A stretch of DNA of 64,000 nt from Gammaproteobacteria bacterium (GTDB lineage: Bacteria > Pseudomonadota > Gammaproteobacteria > CAJXQU01), in NCBI GenBank assembly GCA_965238175.1, contig CBDEGZ010000003.1, positions 1,696,001 through 1,760,000 of the forward strand, read 5' to 3'. Shown here piece by piece: positions 16,886 to 29,231 of this stretch. The notes beneath the pieces were generated by a model that was not told where the DNA came from, did no database searches, and saw only the letters and a program-made list of their open reading frames with translations. Within the stretch, counting starts at the first letter, position 1. Each line of letters opens with the position of its first letter. The position numbers and the translations under genes are program-made.

Positions 16886-19800
16886 TTAACCGATCCATTT
16901 TCGCGCATTATGAAAAATCTGCATCCACGGACTTTCTTCTTCTTTCCAGTTCTCGGGTAACCACGAGAATTGTTTTTTCAGAAACACACGTTCTGGGTGC
17001 GGCATCATAATTGTGACACGACCATCTGTTGTTGTAAGTCCGGTTAATCCTAATTTTGATCCATTCGGGTTGGCCGGATATTTCTCAGTCGTATCACCAG
17101 AGTTTGTGATGTATTTAAGGCTGACAATGTTTTGATCGATTGCATTTTGAGATGCTTTTTGATCATAACTAGTGCGGCCTTCACCATGAGAAACAATAAC
17201 TGGCATTTTAGATCCAGCCATTCCTTTTAGAAGAATAGAAGGAGACTCTTGAACTTCGACCATGCAGAGTCGTGCCTCAAATTGTTCGGATTCATTGTCT
17301 AAAAATAGTGGCCAATGATCGGCACCTGGAATAATCTCTTTCAACTGTGCCAACATCTGACAGCCGTTACAAACGCCTAAAGTGAAAGTGTTTTTTCGAT
17401 TAAAAAACTGACTAAATTGTTTTTTCAATTGCGTATTGAATAAAATTGTTTTTGCCCAACCGCCACCAGCACCAAGAACATCGCCATAAGAAAAACCACC
17501 ACAAGCGACCAGACCAGAAAAATCTTTTAGGTTAATTCGACTTTCGATCAAATCGCTCATGTGGACATCAATTGCGGAAAAGCCAGCGCGATCAAAAGCG
17601 GCCGCCATTTCGAGATGTCCATTTACACCTTGCTCACGCAAAACCGCAATGCTGGGTTTGGTTTCTGTTTTAGATGATTTATTCAATGAGTAGCTGAGTG
17701 AGATGGATAAACCAGGATCACTAGCATCTTGTATCGCTTGATATTCCTGCTCGGCGCATGCTGGGTTATCGCGTAAGGATTGCATATGAAAAGAAGTGGA
17801 TGACCAAAGTCGTTGGATTTCCATCAGATCTTCAGAATAAACTTGATCGCCGTTTTGACTAATATCTATTATCTTTTGATCATTTGTGGTTCCGATAACC
17901 TTAACGTGATTTTTTAGCACACCATCAGAGTTCAAACATTTAAGGACTTGTTCAGTATTTTCGTGACTTATTTGTATCACTGCACCGAGCTCTTCGGAGA
18001 ATAAACTTTGCAAAGAAGCTTCAGCTAAATTAATATCGAGACCAGTTCTTCCAGCCAATGCCATCTCGGCCAGGGTTGTGAACAAACCACCATCGGATCG
18101 ATCGTGGTAAGCGAGTATTAAGTCAGCCTCGATTAATAACTGAATAGAGCGGAAAAAAGATTTAAGTAATGCTGGATCGTCAAGATCGGGCGCTTCGTTA
18201 CCAATTTGATTAAAGACTTGTGCTAAGGCGGATCCGCCGAGACGATTTTTTCCGGTACCCAGATCGATCAAAATTAAATCTGTTTCATCTTGATCCGTGC
18301 GTAGCTGTGGGGTGAGTGACATGCGTACATCGGCCACAGGTGCAAATGCAGTGATGATCAATGACAGTGGAGAAATAACAGCGTGATCTTGATGACTATT
18401 TTTTTCAGGTTCTTTCCATACGGTTTTCATCGACAAAGAATCTTTGCCGACAGGAATGCAAATTCCCAGTTTGGGACAAAGTTCCATACCAACCGTTTTT
18501 ACGGTATCAAATAGACGAGCATCTTCATCGCCATGGCCACAAGCAGCCATCCAGTTTGCTGAGAGAATAATGTCGGACATTTTTAGAATACGTGCAGCAG
18601 CAATATTAGTGATTGCCTCTCCAATTGCCATACGACCCGAGGCGGCAGCATTGATTAGCGCAATAGGTGCGCGTTCACCCATTGCCATTGCTTCACCTGT
18701 CGAGCCAAGAAAGGAATTGGATGTTACCGCACAATCGGCCACCGGAACTTGCCATGGGCCAACCATTTGATCGCGCGCAACCAGGCCGGTGACACTACGA
18801 TCGCCGATGGTGATCAGAAAACGTTTGTCCGCAACGGTAGGCAATTGTAAAACGCGTTCTACAGCTTGTTTGATTGTGATCGATTTTGGATCAAATGCTG
18901 GATGATCAATATTATGTCGTTGAGTTGTACGGCTCATTTTTGGTGGCTTGCCGAGTAAAACCTGCATTGGTAGATGGATGGGTCTATCAGCGAACAGACG
19001 ATCATTAAGAATTAATGTACGCTCATCAGTTGCCTCACCAAGTACGGCAAAAAGACAACGTTCGCGTGAACAGATCTTTTTGAAAAATGTCAGCGTCTCA
19101 GGAGCAATGGCAAGTACATAACGCTCCTGTGATTCATTGCACCAGATCTCGACCGGTGACATTCCGGGATCTGAACTCGGTACTTCACGTAGCTCAAAAA
19201 TAGCGCCGCGTTTTGCATCATTAACCAGTTCTGGTAATGCATTGGAAATTCCACCCGCACCGACGTCATGAATAGAAATGATCGGGTTGTTATTTCCTAA
19301 TGACCAACAGCTATCGATGACTTCCTGACAGCGACGTTCCATTTCTGGGTTATCGCGTTGTACAGAAGCGAAATCGAGATTCTCCTCACTTTGTCCTGAG
19401 GTAACGGAAGAGGCGGCGCCACCGCCGAGCCCGATTAACATAGCTGGGCCACCGAGGACGATAATTTTTGATCCAGCAGGAATTTGATCTTTATGTGTAT
19501 GTTGTGGGCGAATATTACCCAAACCACCGGCGATCATAATAGGTTTGTGATATCCGCGGACTTCTTCATTAATTTCTTGTTCATAGCTACGGAAATAACC
19601 GCATAGGGCAGGGCGACCAAATTCATTATTAAATGCAGCGCCACCAATGGGGCCTTCGATCATAATGTCCAGCGCAGATGAAATGCGCTCAGGTTTGCCG
19701 TGATCAATTTCCCACGGTTGCGGTAGATCAGGAATTTTTAAATTGGAGACTGAAAATCCGGTTAATCCAGCCTTAGGTTTTGAGCCACGACCTGTTGCGC

Positions 19801-20776
19801 CTTCATCGCGAATTTCTCCTCCAGAGCCTGTTGCGGCACCAGGGTATGGGGAGATCGCCGTTGGGTGGTTATGTGTTTCTACTTTAGTCAGGATATGGAT
19901 ATCTTCATTGGTATATTCATATTGTCCCGTTTCTGGATTGGCGAAAAAACGATCGCCAGCATATCCAGTTGTAACTGAGGAATTATCAGAATAAGCGGAT
20001 AAAACGCCACCAGGATTTGTTTCATGTGTATTTCTGATCATAGAAAACAAACTTCGATCTTGTTTTTCACTATCGATTGTCCAATCGGCATTGAAAATCT
20101 TATGACGACAATGCTCAGAGTTAGCTTGGGCAAACATCATCAACTCGACATCAGTTGGATTACGCCCAAGCTCAGTAAAATTCTCGAACAAATAATCTAT
20201 TTCATCTTCTGATAAAGCCAGGCCCATTTCTGTGTTTGCAACACTTAATGCGGAACGACCATTTTTGATCATGTCTACATGTACGATTAAACCAGGCTCG
20301 GTTTGATCAAAAAGGTGATGCGCCTGATCGGGATCGGTCAGTACGGTTTCGGTCATTTGATCATGAATGAGGGGGGCGATTTGTAATAAGGTTTGATCGT
20401 CTATTGGCTGATTATTTTCGGTTCTGAAATACCATTGAACTCCGCGTTCTAAACGTTTGATTTTTTTCAGACCGGCATTTTTAGCTATATCGGTCGATTT
20501 ACTCGACCATGGTGAAATGGTTCCGCTACGTGGAATAACTAATAAGGTTTGTCCTGCGTGATCTATTTCAGGATTTTCGCGATCAAAAGTTTTTTCATAA
20601 GACAAAATTTCTTCAAGCTGTTGATTTTCATGTTGATTAAGACTAGATGTACACTCCGAGAAATGGATGAAATGGCTACTGATTGAATTTATCTGAGGGC
20701 AGATTTTCTGAATGTTGCGTAAATATTTTTTAAGCCGAAAATCCGAAAAGGCTGGTGAGCCATAAAACGTCAGCAT
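16886..20776 (-). CDS. purL: Phosphoribosylformylglycinamidine synthase (large PurL)
   Basis: [38 protein letters not shown]; 1296 aa. Confidence 0.98.
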   Translation of the reverse strand: MLTFYGSPAFSDFRLKKYLRNIQKICPQINSISSHFIHFSECTSSLNQHENQQLEEILSYEKTFDRENPEIDHAGQTLLVIPRSGTISPWSSKSTDIAKNAGLKKIKRLERGVQWYFRTENNQPIDDQTLLQIAPLIHDQMTETVLTDPDQAHHLFDQTEPGLIVHVDMIKNGRSALSVANTEMGLALSEDEIDYLFENFTELGRNPTDVELMMFAQANSEHCRHKIFNADWTIDSEKQDRSLFSMIRNTHETNPGGVLSAYSDNSSVTTGYAGDRFFANPETGQYEYTNEDIHILTKVETHNHPTAISPYPGAATGSGGEIRDEGATGRGSKPKAGLTGFSVSNLKIPDLPQPWEIDHGKPERISSALDIMIEGPIGGAAFNNEFGRPALCGYFRSYEQEINEEVRGYHKPIMIAGGLGNIRPQHTHKDQIPAGSKIIVLGGPAMLIGLGGGAASSVTSGQSEENLDFASVQRDNPEMERRCQEVIDSCWSLGNNNPIISIHDVGAGGISNALPELVNDAKRGAIFELREVPSSDPGMSPVEIWCNESQERYVLAIAPETLTFFKKICSRERCLFAVLGEATDERTLILNDRLFADRPIHLPMQVLLGKPPKMSRTTQRHNIDHPAFDPKSITIKQAVERVLQLPTVADKRFLITIGDRSVTGLVARDQMVGPWQVPVADCAVTSNSFLGSTGEAMAMGERAPIALINAAASGRMAIGEAITNIAAARILKMSDIILSANWMAACGHGDEDARLFDTVKTVGMELCPKLGICIPVGKDSLSMKTVWKEPEKNSHQDHAVISPLSLIITAFAPVADVRMSLTPQLRTDQDETDLILIDLGTGKNRLGGSALAQVFNQIGNEAPDLDDPALLKSFFRSIQLLIEADLILAYHDRSDGGLFTTLAEMALAGRTGLDINLAEASLQSLFSEELGAVIQISHENTEQVLKCLNSDGVLKNHVKVIGTTNDQKIIDISQNGDQVYSEDLMEIQRLWSSTSFHMQSLRDNPACAEQEYQAIQDASDPGLSISLSYSLNKSSKTETKPSIAVLREQGVNGHLEMAAAFDRAGFSAIDVHMSDLIESRINLKDFSGLVACGGFSYGDVLGAGGGWAKTILFNTQLKKQFSQFFNRKNTFTLGVCNGCQMLAQLKEIIPGADHWPLFLDNESEQFEARLCMVEVQESPSILLKGMAGSKMPVIVSHGEGRTSYDQKASQNAIDQNIVSLKYITNSGDTTEKYPANPNGSKLGLTGLTTTDGRVTIMMPHPERVFLKKQFSWLPENWKEEESPWMQIFHNARKWIG

Positions 20777-21396
20777 GTTTTTTTCTTACCCATCAATCAA
20801 ATGTAAATGATAACTTATTTATATGCTTAAAGTGACCGGTAACAGCTAAAACATAGGCAATAAAAGCGGCTCTATTATTAGAGACGCATAAATAATATGA
20901 CGTTGATAGGCTAATTATTTTCCAATAATGTTTTTAAGTGTCGCAAACCAGCTTGAGATATTGTCGTTACAGTACCAATGGAGAGTATTTCTTTAATTGA
21001 GTACTTACACTCCATTTATTATTGTTGTTGGTTATTCTACGCTCCAAAACGCGGCTTGGTGTTTTATAAGGAACTGCCCAAAAAAATGCACTATTGACCT
21101 AAGATAATTGTGAGATTTTAATATTTAAATTTGATCTATATTCAAGGGTGAGTGAACTGGTCGTTACGAAAGTAAAACGCTCAACGAATGGGAATGTTTT
21201 TTGCTTCACATGGGTTTGATCAAAATTTTAAAGCATTCTAATCCTTTACATATAAATTCTTATTTTATAACTATGTATTACAATTTTCTAATGTAAATAA
21301 TACGAAATGTTGGTTAAATGGCTGATTTATAAGTGGGATGTTCGTAATTATTCAAATCACCCTAAACATTACTCGTCTTAATTTAGGAGTAAACTA

Positions 21397-22506
21397 TTGA
21401 AACACTTGACTAAACTATCATTGGTTAAACAAATTTTAGAAAAAGCATCTTTAGTACAAGAACAATCAGGAAAATCCGTAGCATCTCAAGTAGTTGAAAT
21501 GATCGCTCTAAGACGAGGTAAAAGTAAAGTAAACCCTGAAGAGTATTATAACTACCGTCTATATGACGACAATTTTTCTTTGCAAGATAAGCAACAGTTT
21601 GGAGGTTGGCAGTTTAAGGAAAAAACAATGAGCTTTAAAGATGGCCGTTGGGATTGGCCCATGCGTGACAAGATATTGTCACAAATTTATCTTGAAGGCG
21701 TTGGCCTGCTGTGTCCTAAGATTTTAGCTTTTTGTGGAAATGAAAACCGTCATCTTGGTCTTATTCCTGCCTATAAGCCTGATCAAACGTTGGTTGAATT
21801 CTTACGCGACGAAATTGAATATCCCTTTTTTTGTAAACCGGTGGCAGCATCGTTGGGTCGTGATGGGACTGCTGTTTTAGGTTTTGATGAAAGTAATAAT
21901 AGTTTGATTTTAGCGAATGAAACAAGACTATCGGTTAATGATTTTTTGCAAAGGTTAAAAGAAGAAGATCGTGGTACGGTATTTCAGCATAGTGTTGCAC
22001 CTCACCCCGAAACCGTAGAAATTTTCGGCAATAGACTGTCTTCTCTGAGATTGGTTTCTTTAATGCACAAAGAAAAAACACGCGTTTTCAAAGCCGTGTT
22101 AAAGATACCATCAGGCAAGAATATGACCGATAATTTTGACCATGGTCAATCTGGAAATATTATCGCGAAAATAAACACCGAAACAGGAGAGATTGAAAAA
22201 GTCATCTCTGGCGTTGGTATTCATCAATGTGAGGTTGATAAGCATCCCGATACTGGCAAATCACTTCTTGGGTTTGTAATTCCAGAATGGGAGAAAACAA
22301 GAGATATCTGTTTGCTTGCAACAAAATCTTACCCGGGTCTATTTATGCAACACTGGGATATCGCTATAGGTGAGAATGGGCCTTCTATTCTTGAAATGAA
22401 TTTCCCTGGTGATATTGATCTTCTACAGCATGCCTACGGCGAAGGCATTATTAATGATGAGTTAAATGCGTTGATGAAGGAGAGGAGCTTGTCGAAAGAA
22501 TATTGA
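21397..22506 (+). CDS. Sugar-transfer-associated ATP-grasp family protein
   Basis: EYYNYRLY, FCKP, TDNF..G, HPDTG, WDIAI..GP.ILEMN; TTG start with AGGAG RBS. Confidence 0.75.
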   Translation: MKHLTKLSLVKQILEKASLVQEQSGKSVASQVVEMIALRRGKSKVNPEEYYNYRLYDDNFSLQDKQQFGGWQFKEKTMSFKDGRWDWPMRDKILSQIYLEGVGLLCPKILAFCGNENRHLGLIPAYKPDQTLVEFLRDEIEYPFFCKPVAASLGRDGTAVLGFDESNNSLILANETRLSVNDFLQRLKEEDRGTVFQHSVAPHPETVEIFGNRLSSLRLVSLMHKEKTRVFKAVLKIPSGKNMTDNFDHGQSGNIIAKINTETGEIEKVISGVGIHQCEVDKHPDTGKSLLGFVIPEWEKTRDICLLATKSYPGLFMQHWDIAIGENGPSILEMNFPGDIDLLQHAYGEGIINDELNALMKERSLSKEY

Positions 22507-22704
22507 AAGGATTTAACAGGTTAAGATTTTAGACTTCTGACGACTAAATTAACAGAGGGTTTGATACGACTGAAATGTAATTAATAAAAGCACATTTACA
22601 ATTAACATATTTGTTTGATTTGCGACGCTATTTTTCCTCTAATGTACTTAGCTGATAATGGTAATTCATGATAGTCTGTGCGACTTTAAAAATACCATTT
22701 TCTC

Positions 22705-24900
22705 ATGCAAGCAGCACCTGATCTTTTTTCCTATAAAAAATTCTGGGCTCACCGTTTTGGAACAGCGCCGGTTTTACCCATGTCCAGAGAAGAAATGGAC
22801 GAGCTTGGGTGGGATAGCTGTGATGTTATTTTAGTCACGGGCGACGCATACGTGGATCAGGCGAGTTTTGGGATGGCATTAGTTGGTCGTGTGCTTGAAG
22901 CCCAAGGTTTTCGAGTTGGGATCATCGCGCAACCAGACTGGCAGAGCACGAAAGACTTTGAGCGTTTAGGTAAACCGAACCTCTATTTTGGCGTGACCGG
23001 CGGCAATATGGATTCGATGGTGAATCGTTATACCTCTGAACGCAGAGTACGATCAAATGACGCGTATACACCTGATGGTGCTGGTGGCCAGCGTCCTGAT
23101 CGTTGTGTGATTGTTTATACGCAACGATGTCGCGAAGCATTCAAAGGTGTGCCTGTGATCATCGGCGGTATAGAGGCCAGCTTACGACGTATCGCACATT
23201 ATGATTACTGGTCAGAAAAAGTTCGTCGATCAGTATTACTCGATTCCAAAGCTGATATGTTGATGTATGGTAATGCGGAACGTCAGATCGTCGAAATTAC
23301 GCATCGCATGGCCAAAGGTGAAACACTGGCTCAAATTACGGATGTACGTGGTACTGCGTTCGTGTGTGATCAACGGCCAGATGATTGGTGGGAGATCAAT
23401 TCAACAGAACTCGATACACCTGGGGAAATAGAAGAACCGATTGATCCGTATCTGGATACGACCAAAAGTAAAACGGATAAAAGTTGCGACTCGCAAGAAA
23501 AGCAAGCGTTAGATTTGGATCAATCGAAAAAGAAAAATCTCAATGTAATTCAATTCGTACCCAACCCACGGAAAGCTGTTCGCGAACGTACCGTCATTCG
23601 TATTCCTGCCTATGAACAAGTGAAATCTGATCCGGTTCTTTATGCACATACATCACGTATTTTGCATTTAGAAACCAATCCCGGAAATGCACGCGCTTTA
23701 ATTCAGCAACATGGCCAGCAACAGTTATGGTTGAATCCGCCACCAATTCCTTTGACGACTAAAGAAATGGATGCGGTTTATGATCTGCATTACACGCGTC
23801 AGCCACACCCTGCTTACGGCGATGCAAAAATTCCTGCTTATGAAATGATCCGTTTTTCGGTACCGATCATGCGTGGTTGTTTTGGTGGTTGTACGTTTTG
23901 TTCGATTACAGAACATGAAGGACGGATCATTCAAAATCGATCAGAAGATTCTGTTATTCGAGAGATAGAAACTATTCGAGATACAGTGCCTGGTTTTACC
24001 GGTGTTATTTCTGATCTCGGCGGCCCGACAGCCAACATGTACCGCATTGCATGTAAGAGTCGTGAAATTGAGGCTGCATGTCGATTACCTTCATGTGTCT
24101 ATCCTGACGTGTGTAAAAATCTAAATACAAGTCATGATCCATTGATCAAAATCTATCGCCGCGCCAGAAAACTTTCTGGTATTAAAAAGATTTTGATCGC
24201 TTCAGGTTTACGCTATGACCTTGCCGTGAAATCGCCAGAATATGTGAAGGAGTTAGTCACACATCATGTCGGTGGTTATTTGAAAATCGCGCCGGAACAT
24301 ACCGAGACTGGACCATTAACGAAAATGATGAAGCCTGGCATGGGTTCCTATGATCGCTTTAAACAAATGTTTGATAAATATTCTAAAGAAGCGGGCAAAG
24401 AGCAATATTTGATCCCCTATTTTATTGCGGCACATCCAGGTACGACAGACGAAGATATGATGAATTTAGCTATCTGGTTGAAACAAAATGGTTTCCGCGC
24501 AGATCAAGTTCAAGCGTTCTTACCTTCCCCTATGGCGACGGCTTCTGCGATGTTTTATACGGGCAAAAACCCACTGAAAAAAGTCGCGCGTGACAGTGAT
24601 CCAGTTTTTATTCCAAAAGGAAAAAAACAACGACAATTACATAAAGCTTTTCTTCGTTATCATGATGCGAATAACTGGCCATTGTTAAGAGAAGCGTTGA
24701 AGAAAATGGGCCGTGCCGATTTGATCGGTAATGGTAAAAAGCATTTAGTTCCCAGGTGGCAACCAGCTGGAACCGGCGATCAAATTGAAGGGCGACGAAT
24801 TACGCCAAAGGCTAAACGAACTTTTGCAGCAAAACCCTTTAAAACTCAGCATACCGGCTTACCGAAAGTACCAACGTTTAAAAAGAAAAAACGAGTATAA
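22705..24900 (+). CDS. ygiQ: YgiQ-family radical SAM protein
   Basis: [29 protein letters not shown]. Confidence 0.93.
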   Translation: MQAAPDLFSYKKFWAHRFGTAPVLPMSREEMDELGWDSCDVILVTGDAYVDQASFGMALVGRVLEAQGFRVGIIAQPDWQSTKDFERLGKPNLYFGVTGGNMDSMVNRYTSERRVRSNDAYTPDGAGGQRPDRCVIVYTQRCREAFKGVPVIIGGIEASLRRIAHYDYWSEKVRRSVLLDSKADMLMYGNAERQIVEITHRMAKGETLAQITDVRGTAFVCDQRPDDWWEINSTELDTPGEIEEPIDPYLDTTKSKTDKSCDSQEKQALDLDQSKKKNLNVIQFVPNPRKAVRERTVIRIPAYEQVKSDPVLYAHTSRILHLETNPGNARALIQQHGQQQLWLNPPPIPLTTKEMDAVYDLHYTRQPHPAYGDAKIPAYEMIRFSVPIMRGCFGGCTFCSITEHEGRIIQNRSEDSVIREIETIRDTVPGFTGVISDLGGPTANMYRIACKSREIEAACRLPSCVYPDVCKNLNTSHDPLIKIYRRARKLSGIKKILIASGLRYDLAVKSPEYVKELVTHHVGGYLKIAPEHTETGPLTKMMKPGMGSYDRFKQMFDKYSKEAGKEQYLIPYFIAAHPGTTDEDMMNLAIWLKQNGFRADQVQAFLPSPMATASAMFYTGKNPLKKVARDSDPVFIPKGKKQRQLHKAFLRYHDANNWPLLREALKKMGRADLIGNGKKHLVPRWQPAGTGDQIEGRRITPKAKRTFAAKPFKTQHTGLPKVPTFKKKKRV

Positions 24901-24940
24901 AAATTAAAGGTAAGGCTTGATAACTTTTTGCAATTTAATT

Positions 24941-25507
24941 TTATTCGCGCGACATAAATTTTCCAGTACTGGTATTTACCTTAATCATTTCCCCAGCTTC
25001 CAAATATTCAGGGATTTGGACTTCGATACCGGTGGTTAATGTTGCTGTTTTAGTACGATTTGCTGCACTTGCGCCTTTAATTTTGGGTGTGGTTTCGATA
25101 ATTTCCATGGTGATTGAAGCGGGTAGTTCAATAGCAATAATGTTGCCATCCATTAACATCGCTGTAATGTCATCCATGCCGTCGGTGATGTAACCAATTT
25201 GATCTTCGATATCCTGTTTGTTGAGAATGTGCTGGCTGTAATCTTTATTATCCATAAAAATATAATCATCACCATCAATATAAGAAAACTGCACTTTTAT
25301 TCGTTGACTGTCGGCTTCTTTTAGCATGTCGTCTGATTTATAAGACTCGTCTCTTTTTTGACCCGTTTGCAGATTGTTATAACGAATTTTATACAATGTC
25401 GAAGCACCTCTTGAAGACGGACTTTTACTTTCGATAGTTTTAACTATGTGTCCGACACCATCAATGTCGATGATCATTCCACGTTTTAGATCGCCTGCTT
25501 TTGGCAT
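24941..25507 (-). CDS. yeiP: Elongation factor P-like protein EfpL/YeiP
   Basis: SPSSRGASTLYK loop, GASA..RTK.ATL.TG, IPEYL...F..R. Confidence 0.88.
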   Translation of the reverse strand: MPKAGDLKRGMIIDIDGVGHIVKTIESKSPSSRGASTLYKIRYNNLQTGQKRDESYKSDDMLKEADSQRIKVQFSYIDGDDYIFMDNKDYSQHILNKQDIEDQIGYITDGMDDITAMLMDGNIIAIELPASITMEIIETTPKIKGASAANRTKTATLTTGIEVQIPEYLEAGEMIKVNTSTGKFMSRE

Positions 25508-25555
25508 AATAATATCTCTTTAAATGTAGTAATTTTTTAAACTAATAAAAACTGA

Positions 25556-27061
25556 TTAAGGTTTTCCCCAGATGTGTTCATTTACTGCGGGTTTGTGTTC
25601 TTTCGATGGTTCTTTTAATTCTTCTTTCTCTGAAAGAGACTCAGTATCTTCTGATGATTGTTTATTTATATCCGGCGCATCAAATTGATCATTATCGGGT
25701 ATTTCCGAACTTAACTCTGTATTTGAATCCAGATCTAAACTTTGTATCACCTTAGATTTCTGAGTCTGTTGCTTCATGGTTCTTTTTTTCTTGTTTTTTG
25801 ATCGGGTTTTCTTTTTTGGACGTGCACGTTCCGGCATAAGTGGAGCTTCTTTATCAGCCGCAAATCCTTCTATTTGTTCTCGTTTTACCCGGACGTCATT
25901 TCGTTTTTCTATCACGCCAAAATGTTGATATTCGTGATGGGAGATTAATGAAATCGCGGTTCCAGTTTCTCCAGCACGACCAGTACGACCAATGCGATGA
26001 ATATAGTCATTCGGTGAACGAGGTAAATCATAATTTATCACGCAAGGAAGTTGTTCGATATCAATACCGCGAGCCGCGACATCGGTTGCGATTAGAATGC
26101 GTATTTTTCCCGCTTTAAAATCACGTAATGCAGCTGCTCTTTTAGGTTGTTCTTGATTGCCGTGCATGGCGTTTGCTTTCACACCACGTTTTTCAAGCTT
26201 AGTAACAAGATTATCGCAGGTGCGTTTTGCGCTGCAAAAAATCAAAGCCTGTTTCCAATCATTTTCTTTAAGCAAATACGCGAGCAGATCATTTTTCTTA
26301 TCATGATTGACGGTGATTGCTCGTTGATCAATTTTCACGTCTTCCAGCGTTTCGTCCACATTGATAATGGTTGGCTCATTCATTACTTCTCGAACCAGTC
26401 TTCGAATACTTTCAGGAAAGGTTGCAGTGAACATCAGGTTTTGACGTTTGTTAGGAAGCAGCTTCAGGATGCGGTTAATTTCATCCTCAAAATCGCCTTT
26501 CATTAAGCGATCAACTTCATCGATGACTAGGGTTTTGACTTGATTAAATTTGATCGCATTTTGATCTACCAGATCCAATAAGCGTCCTGGCGTTGAAACT
26601 AAAATATCTGTACCACCGCGTAGCGCCATCATTTGAGGATTAATTTTGACGCCACCATAAACACTAAGACAACGAAGAGGAGGATTTATATTTTCAGCAA
26701 TTTGTTCAAACACTTCGCGTACTTGAATGGCAAGTTCGCGTGTGGGAACTAAAACCAGGACTTGCACACAGTTGCTATTGGCTCTTTTTGTTCCATCGTA
26801 ACGGCTGTAAGTGTCTTTTTGACCGTAAACATTTAAGCTGCTCAGGTTTTCTAATAGCGGTAAGACAAAGGCCGCTGTTTTTCCAGAGCCTGTTTCAGCA
26901 CGAGCCAATACATCCTTTCCTTGAATCACGGCGGGAATGGCCTCAAGTTGAATATCAGTTGCCGATGTATACCCCGCTTTCTCAATTGCAGTCAGAATAA
27001 CAGAAGAAAATGAGAAGGTAGTGAAATTGGGTCTTATAGGATTGGGAGGATGTTTTTTCAT
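25556..27061 (-). CDS. DEAD-box RNA helicase (RhlE-like; motif II reads DEVD)
   Basis: AETGSGKT, PTRELA, DEVD, ARGID, HRIGRTGRAG; start uncertain (27061 or 27088). Confidence 0.9.
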   Translation of the reverse strand: MKKHPPNPIRPNFTTFSFSSVILTAIEKAGYTSATDIQLEAIPAVIQGKDVLARAETGSGKTAAFVLPLLENLSSLNVYGQKDTYSRYDGTKRANSNCVQVLVLVPTRELAIQVREVFEQIAENINPPLRCLSVYGGVKINPQMMALRGGTDILVSTPGRLLDLVDQNAIKFNQVKTLVIDEVDRLMKGDFEDEINRILKLLPNKRQNLMFTATFPESIRRLVREVMNEPTIINVDETLEDVKIDQRAITVNHDKKNDLLAYLLKENDWKQALIFCSAKRTCDNLVTKLEKRGVKANAMHGNQEQPKRAAALRDFKAGKIRILIATDVAARGIDIEQLPCVINYDLPRSPNDYIHRIGRTGRAGETGTAISLISHHEYQHFGVIEKRNDVRVKREQIEGFAADKEAPLMPERARPKKKTRSKNKKKRTMKQQTQKSKVIQSLDLDSNTELSSEIPDNDQFDAPDINKQSSEDTESLSEKEELKEPSKEHKPAVNEHIWGKP

Positions 27062-27166
27062 AGACGTATTAATGATAAATAAGGACATGGCATTCTAACT
27101 TAAATCTTTTTTTAAAGTAGAAATTTGATTTCGAGTTGATTTGAAAAATACATAACCATACAAAAT

Positions 27167-27193
27167 TAAAGGATTAGTTCAGGCTGCCGAATA
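27167..27193 (+). promoter_or_regulatory. Putative sigma28 (FliA) promoter
   Basis: TAAA-N15-GCCGAATA upstream of the chemotaxis PAS/MCP genes. Confidence 0.7.
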
Positions 27194-27221
27194 ATATTTA
27201 GAAGACGGAGGTGATTGTCCT

Positions 27222-27737
27222 GTGGAGACACAATTAGACCAAAAACAAAAGAATATAGAACCAGATGATTTAATCGTCTCAAAGACGGATCTCGAAGGGA
27301 AAATCACTTACTGCAATTCGGAATTTATGATCTATACCGGGCAAAATCTTGAGGATTTAATCGGTGAAAAGCATACCGTGATTACCCATTCAGACATGCC
27401 TCAGTCTATTTTTCGTTATATGTGGAAAGAGTTGGAAGCGTATAACGAAGTTTGTGTTGTAGTTAAAAATAGAAGTAAAGACGATGCGTATTTCTGGACC
27501 TTCATGACAGCAACCCCAACCTTTGGAACTGACAACCAACTGATTAGTCATTTCTTTGTGCAACGGAGTGTATCAATAGAAACAATTGCTTATTTTGAAG
27601 CACTATATCAACAGATGAGAGCGATCGAATTAGAATCCGAGTCTGATGAACAGGGAATGGATGCGTCTTTCGAAATTATGAATAATGTAGCGGTTAAGCA
27701 GGGACATAATGAATTTTTCTATTCCTATTACGCTTAA
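27222..27737 (+). CDS. Stand-alone Aer-type PAS sensor (CetB-like)
   Basis: [29 protein letters not shown]...FW. Confidence 0.85.
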   Translation: METQLDQKQKNIEPDDLIVSKTDLEGKITYCNSEFMIYTGQNLEDLIGEKHTVITHSDMPQSIFRYMWKELEAYNEVCVVVKNRSKDDAYFWTFMTATPTFGTDNQLISHFFVQRSVSIETIAYFEALYQQMRAIELESESDEQGMDASFEIMNNVAVKQGHNEFFYSYYA

Positions 27738-29211
27738 AAATGTGCTACTGGTCAATATTATATTGCTGCTTTTTGTCAGTATTTTTGCCATTGGCCACTA
27801 TCAGGCCAGTACCTGGTTATTGTTAGCACCTCTAATTGCCTGCGGACTTCTTCTTATGGTAAGAGCAGAGTCTGTTAGTCGATCCGATGATACTATGGAC
27901 AAAATTCAGACATTACTGGATGAAGCCTGTAATGGTAATTTAGATCATCGAATCCTTGATGTTCCATGGGAACATCCACTAAACGGTGTTGTTACTGATC
28001 TTAATGAACTTCTCGATCAATTCGAGGTATACAACCTTGAAGTTGATAGTGTTTTTAGACTAGCGCGTTATGGAAAATTCTATCGACGAACTATGGCCAG
28101 AGGAATGCGTGGTAGATTCAAAATAGGCTTGGAGCGGATCGATAACTCATTAGAAATCATGAAACAAGGTCATTTGCAGCGTCAGCTGGATACGATGTTT
28201 GCGAGTCTTGGACAGCTTAAAACGAGTAATCTGTTACAAAATTTGAGTAATAATCAAAACGATCTGGACTCTATTATGTGTGAGATGAGTCAAATTGAAA
28301 AGAACTCTAAAGCTACTGCAGAGTCCTCTTTAAGCAATCAAGTTTTGGTACAGTCTGTTGTTGATCATTTAACAACGATGATTGATCATTCCTCCTCGAT
28401 GCGTAATGATTCAAAAGAACTTTCTACCAGTAGTCAGGGAATTTCTGAAATGGCGAACATGATTACCAGTGTTGCGGAACAAACGAATTTACTCGCACTG
28501 AACGCTGCGATAGAAGCGGCACGTGCGGGTGAGCATGGTCGAGGTTTTGCAGTCGTTGCAGATGAAGTTAAAAATCTTGCAGAAAGTACCAAGCAGGCGG
28601 CGAAGAAGATTGTAGAGACCACAAAGATATTTACTGAGGCTGGCGCTAGTATGATCAGCAGTACAGAGAACATGGCGACTGCAGGTGAACAATCGAAAGC
28701 GATTATTTCTGATTTTGAATCCAGTTTTGCTGAATCTGCAAAAACATCGCAGGAAACTTATGAGAATGTCGCTTCAGTCAAGATCATTTGTGATGCTGCT
28801 TTGATTAAAGTTGATCATATTATCTATATGCAAAAAGCTTATCGTGCTGTTGAAACTTGTAAAACTGAAAACTCGAGTGAAGTGACGGTTATGTCTGAGG
28901 CTTCCGAGTGTATGTTTGGACAATGGTACTACGGTGGTGAAGGTCAAGATGTTTATAGTCATTTACCAACTTTTTCAAGTATTGATGCTCCGCACCAGGG
29001 CATTCATGACAATATTCATAATGTAGTCAGCGCTATTAATAATTTAGATTGGCAGCAGTCCGATGATTCGCGCCAGTCAATCTTGACTAACTTTATACAA
29101 GCTGAAGAATATAGTGGTCAGCTAATGAATCTGATTGACCAACTCGCTCAAGAAAAGAATAAATTTGAATCATCCAATAATGATGAGTTAGGAGAAGTTG
29201 AGCTTTTTTAA
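27709..29211 (+). CDS. Methyl-accepting chemotaxis protein with C-terminal CZB-like domain (CetA-like)
   Basis: [30 protein letters not shown]; C.FGQWY...PH..IH; ends VELF. Confidence 0.92.
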   Translation: MNFSIPITLKNVLLVNIILLLFVSIFAIGHYQASTWLLLAPLIACGLLLMVRAESVSRSDDTMDKIQTLLDEACNGNLDHRILDVPWEHPLNGVVTDLNELLDQFEVYNLEVDSVFRLARYGKFYRRTMARGMRGRFKIGLERIDNSLEIMKQGHLQRQLDTMFASLGQLKTSNLLQNLSNNQNDLDSIMCEMSQIEKNSKATAESSLSNQVLVQSVVDHLTTMIDHSSSMRNDSKELSTSSQGISEMANMITSVAEQTNLLALNAAIEAARAGEHGRGFAVVADEVKNLAESTKQAAKKIVETTKIFTEAGASMISSTENMATAGEQSKAIISDFESSFAESAKTSQETYENVASVKIICDAALIKVDHIIYMQKAYRAVETCKTENSSEVTVMSEASECMFGQWYYGGEGQDVYSHLPTFSSIDAPHQGIHDNIHNVVSAINNLDWQQSDDSRQSILTNFIQAEEYSGQLMNLIDQLAQEKNKFESSNNDELGEVELF

Positions 29212-29231
29212 GCAATCTTTCTGGTAGAGTT

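Noticed and set aside
20777-21396. Riboswitch or ncRNA in the long purL intergenic region
   Set aside because: AT-rich, with no recognisable aptamer or strong structure.
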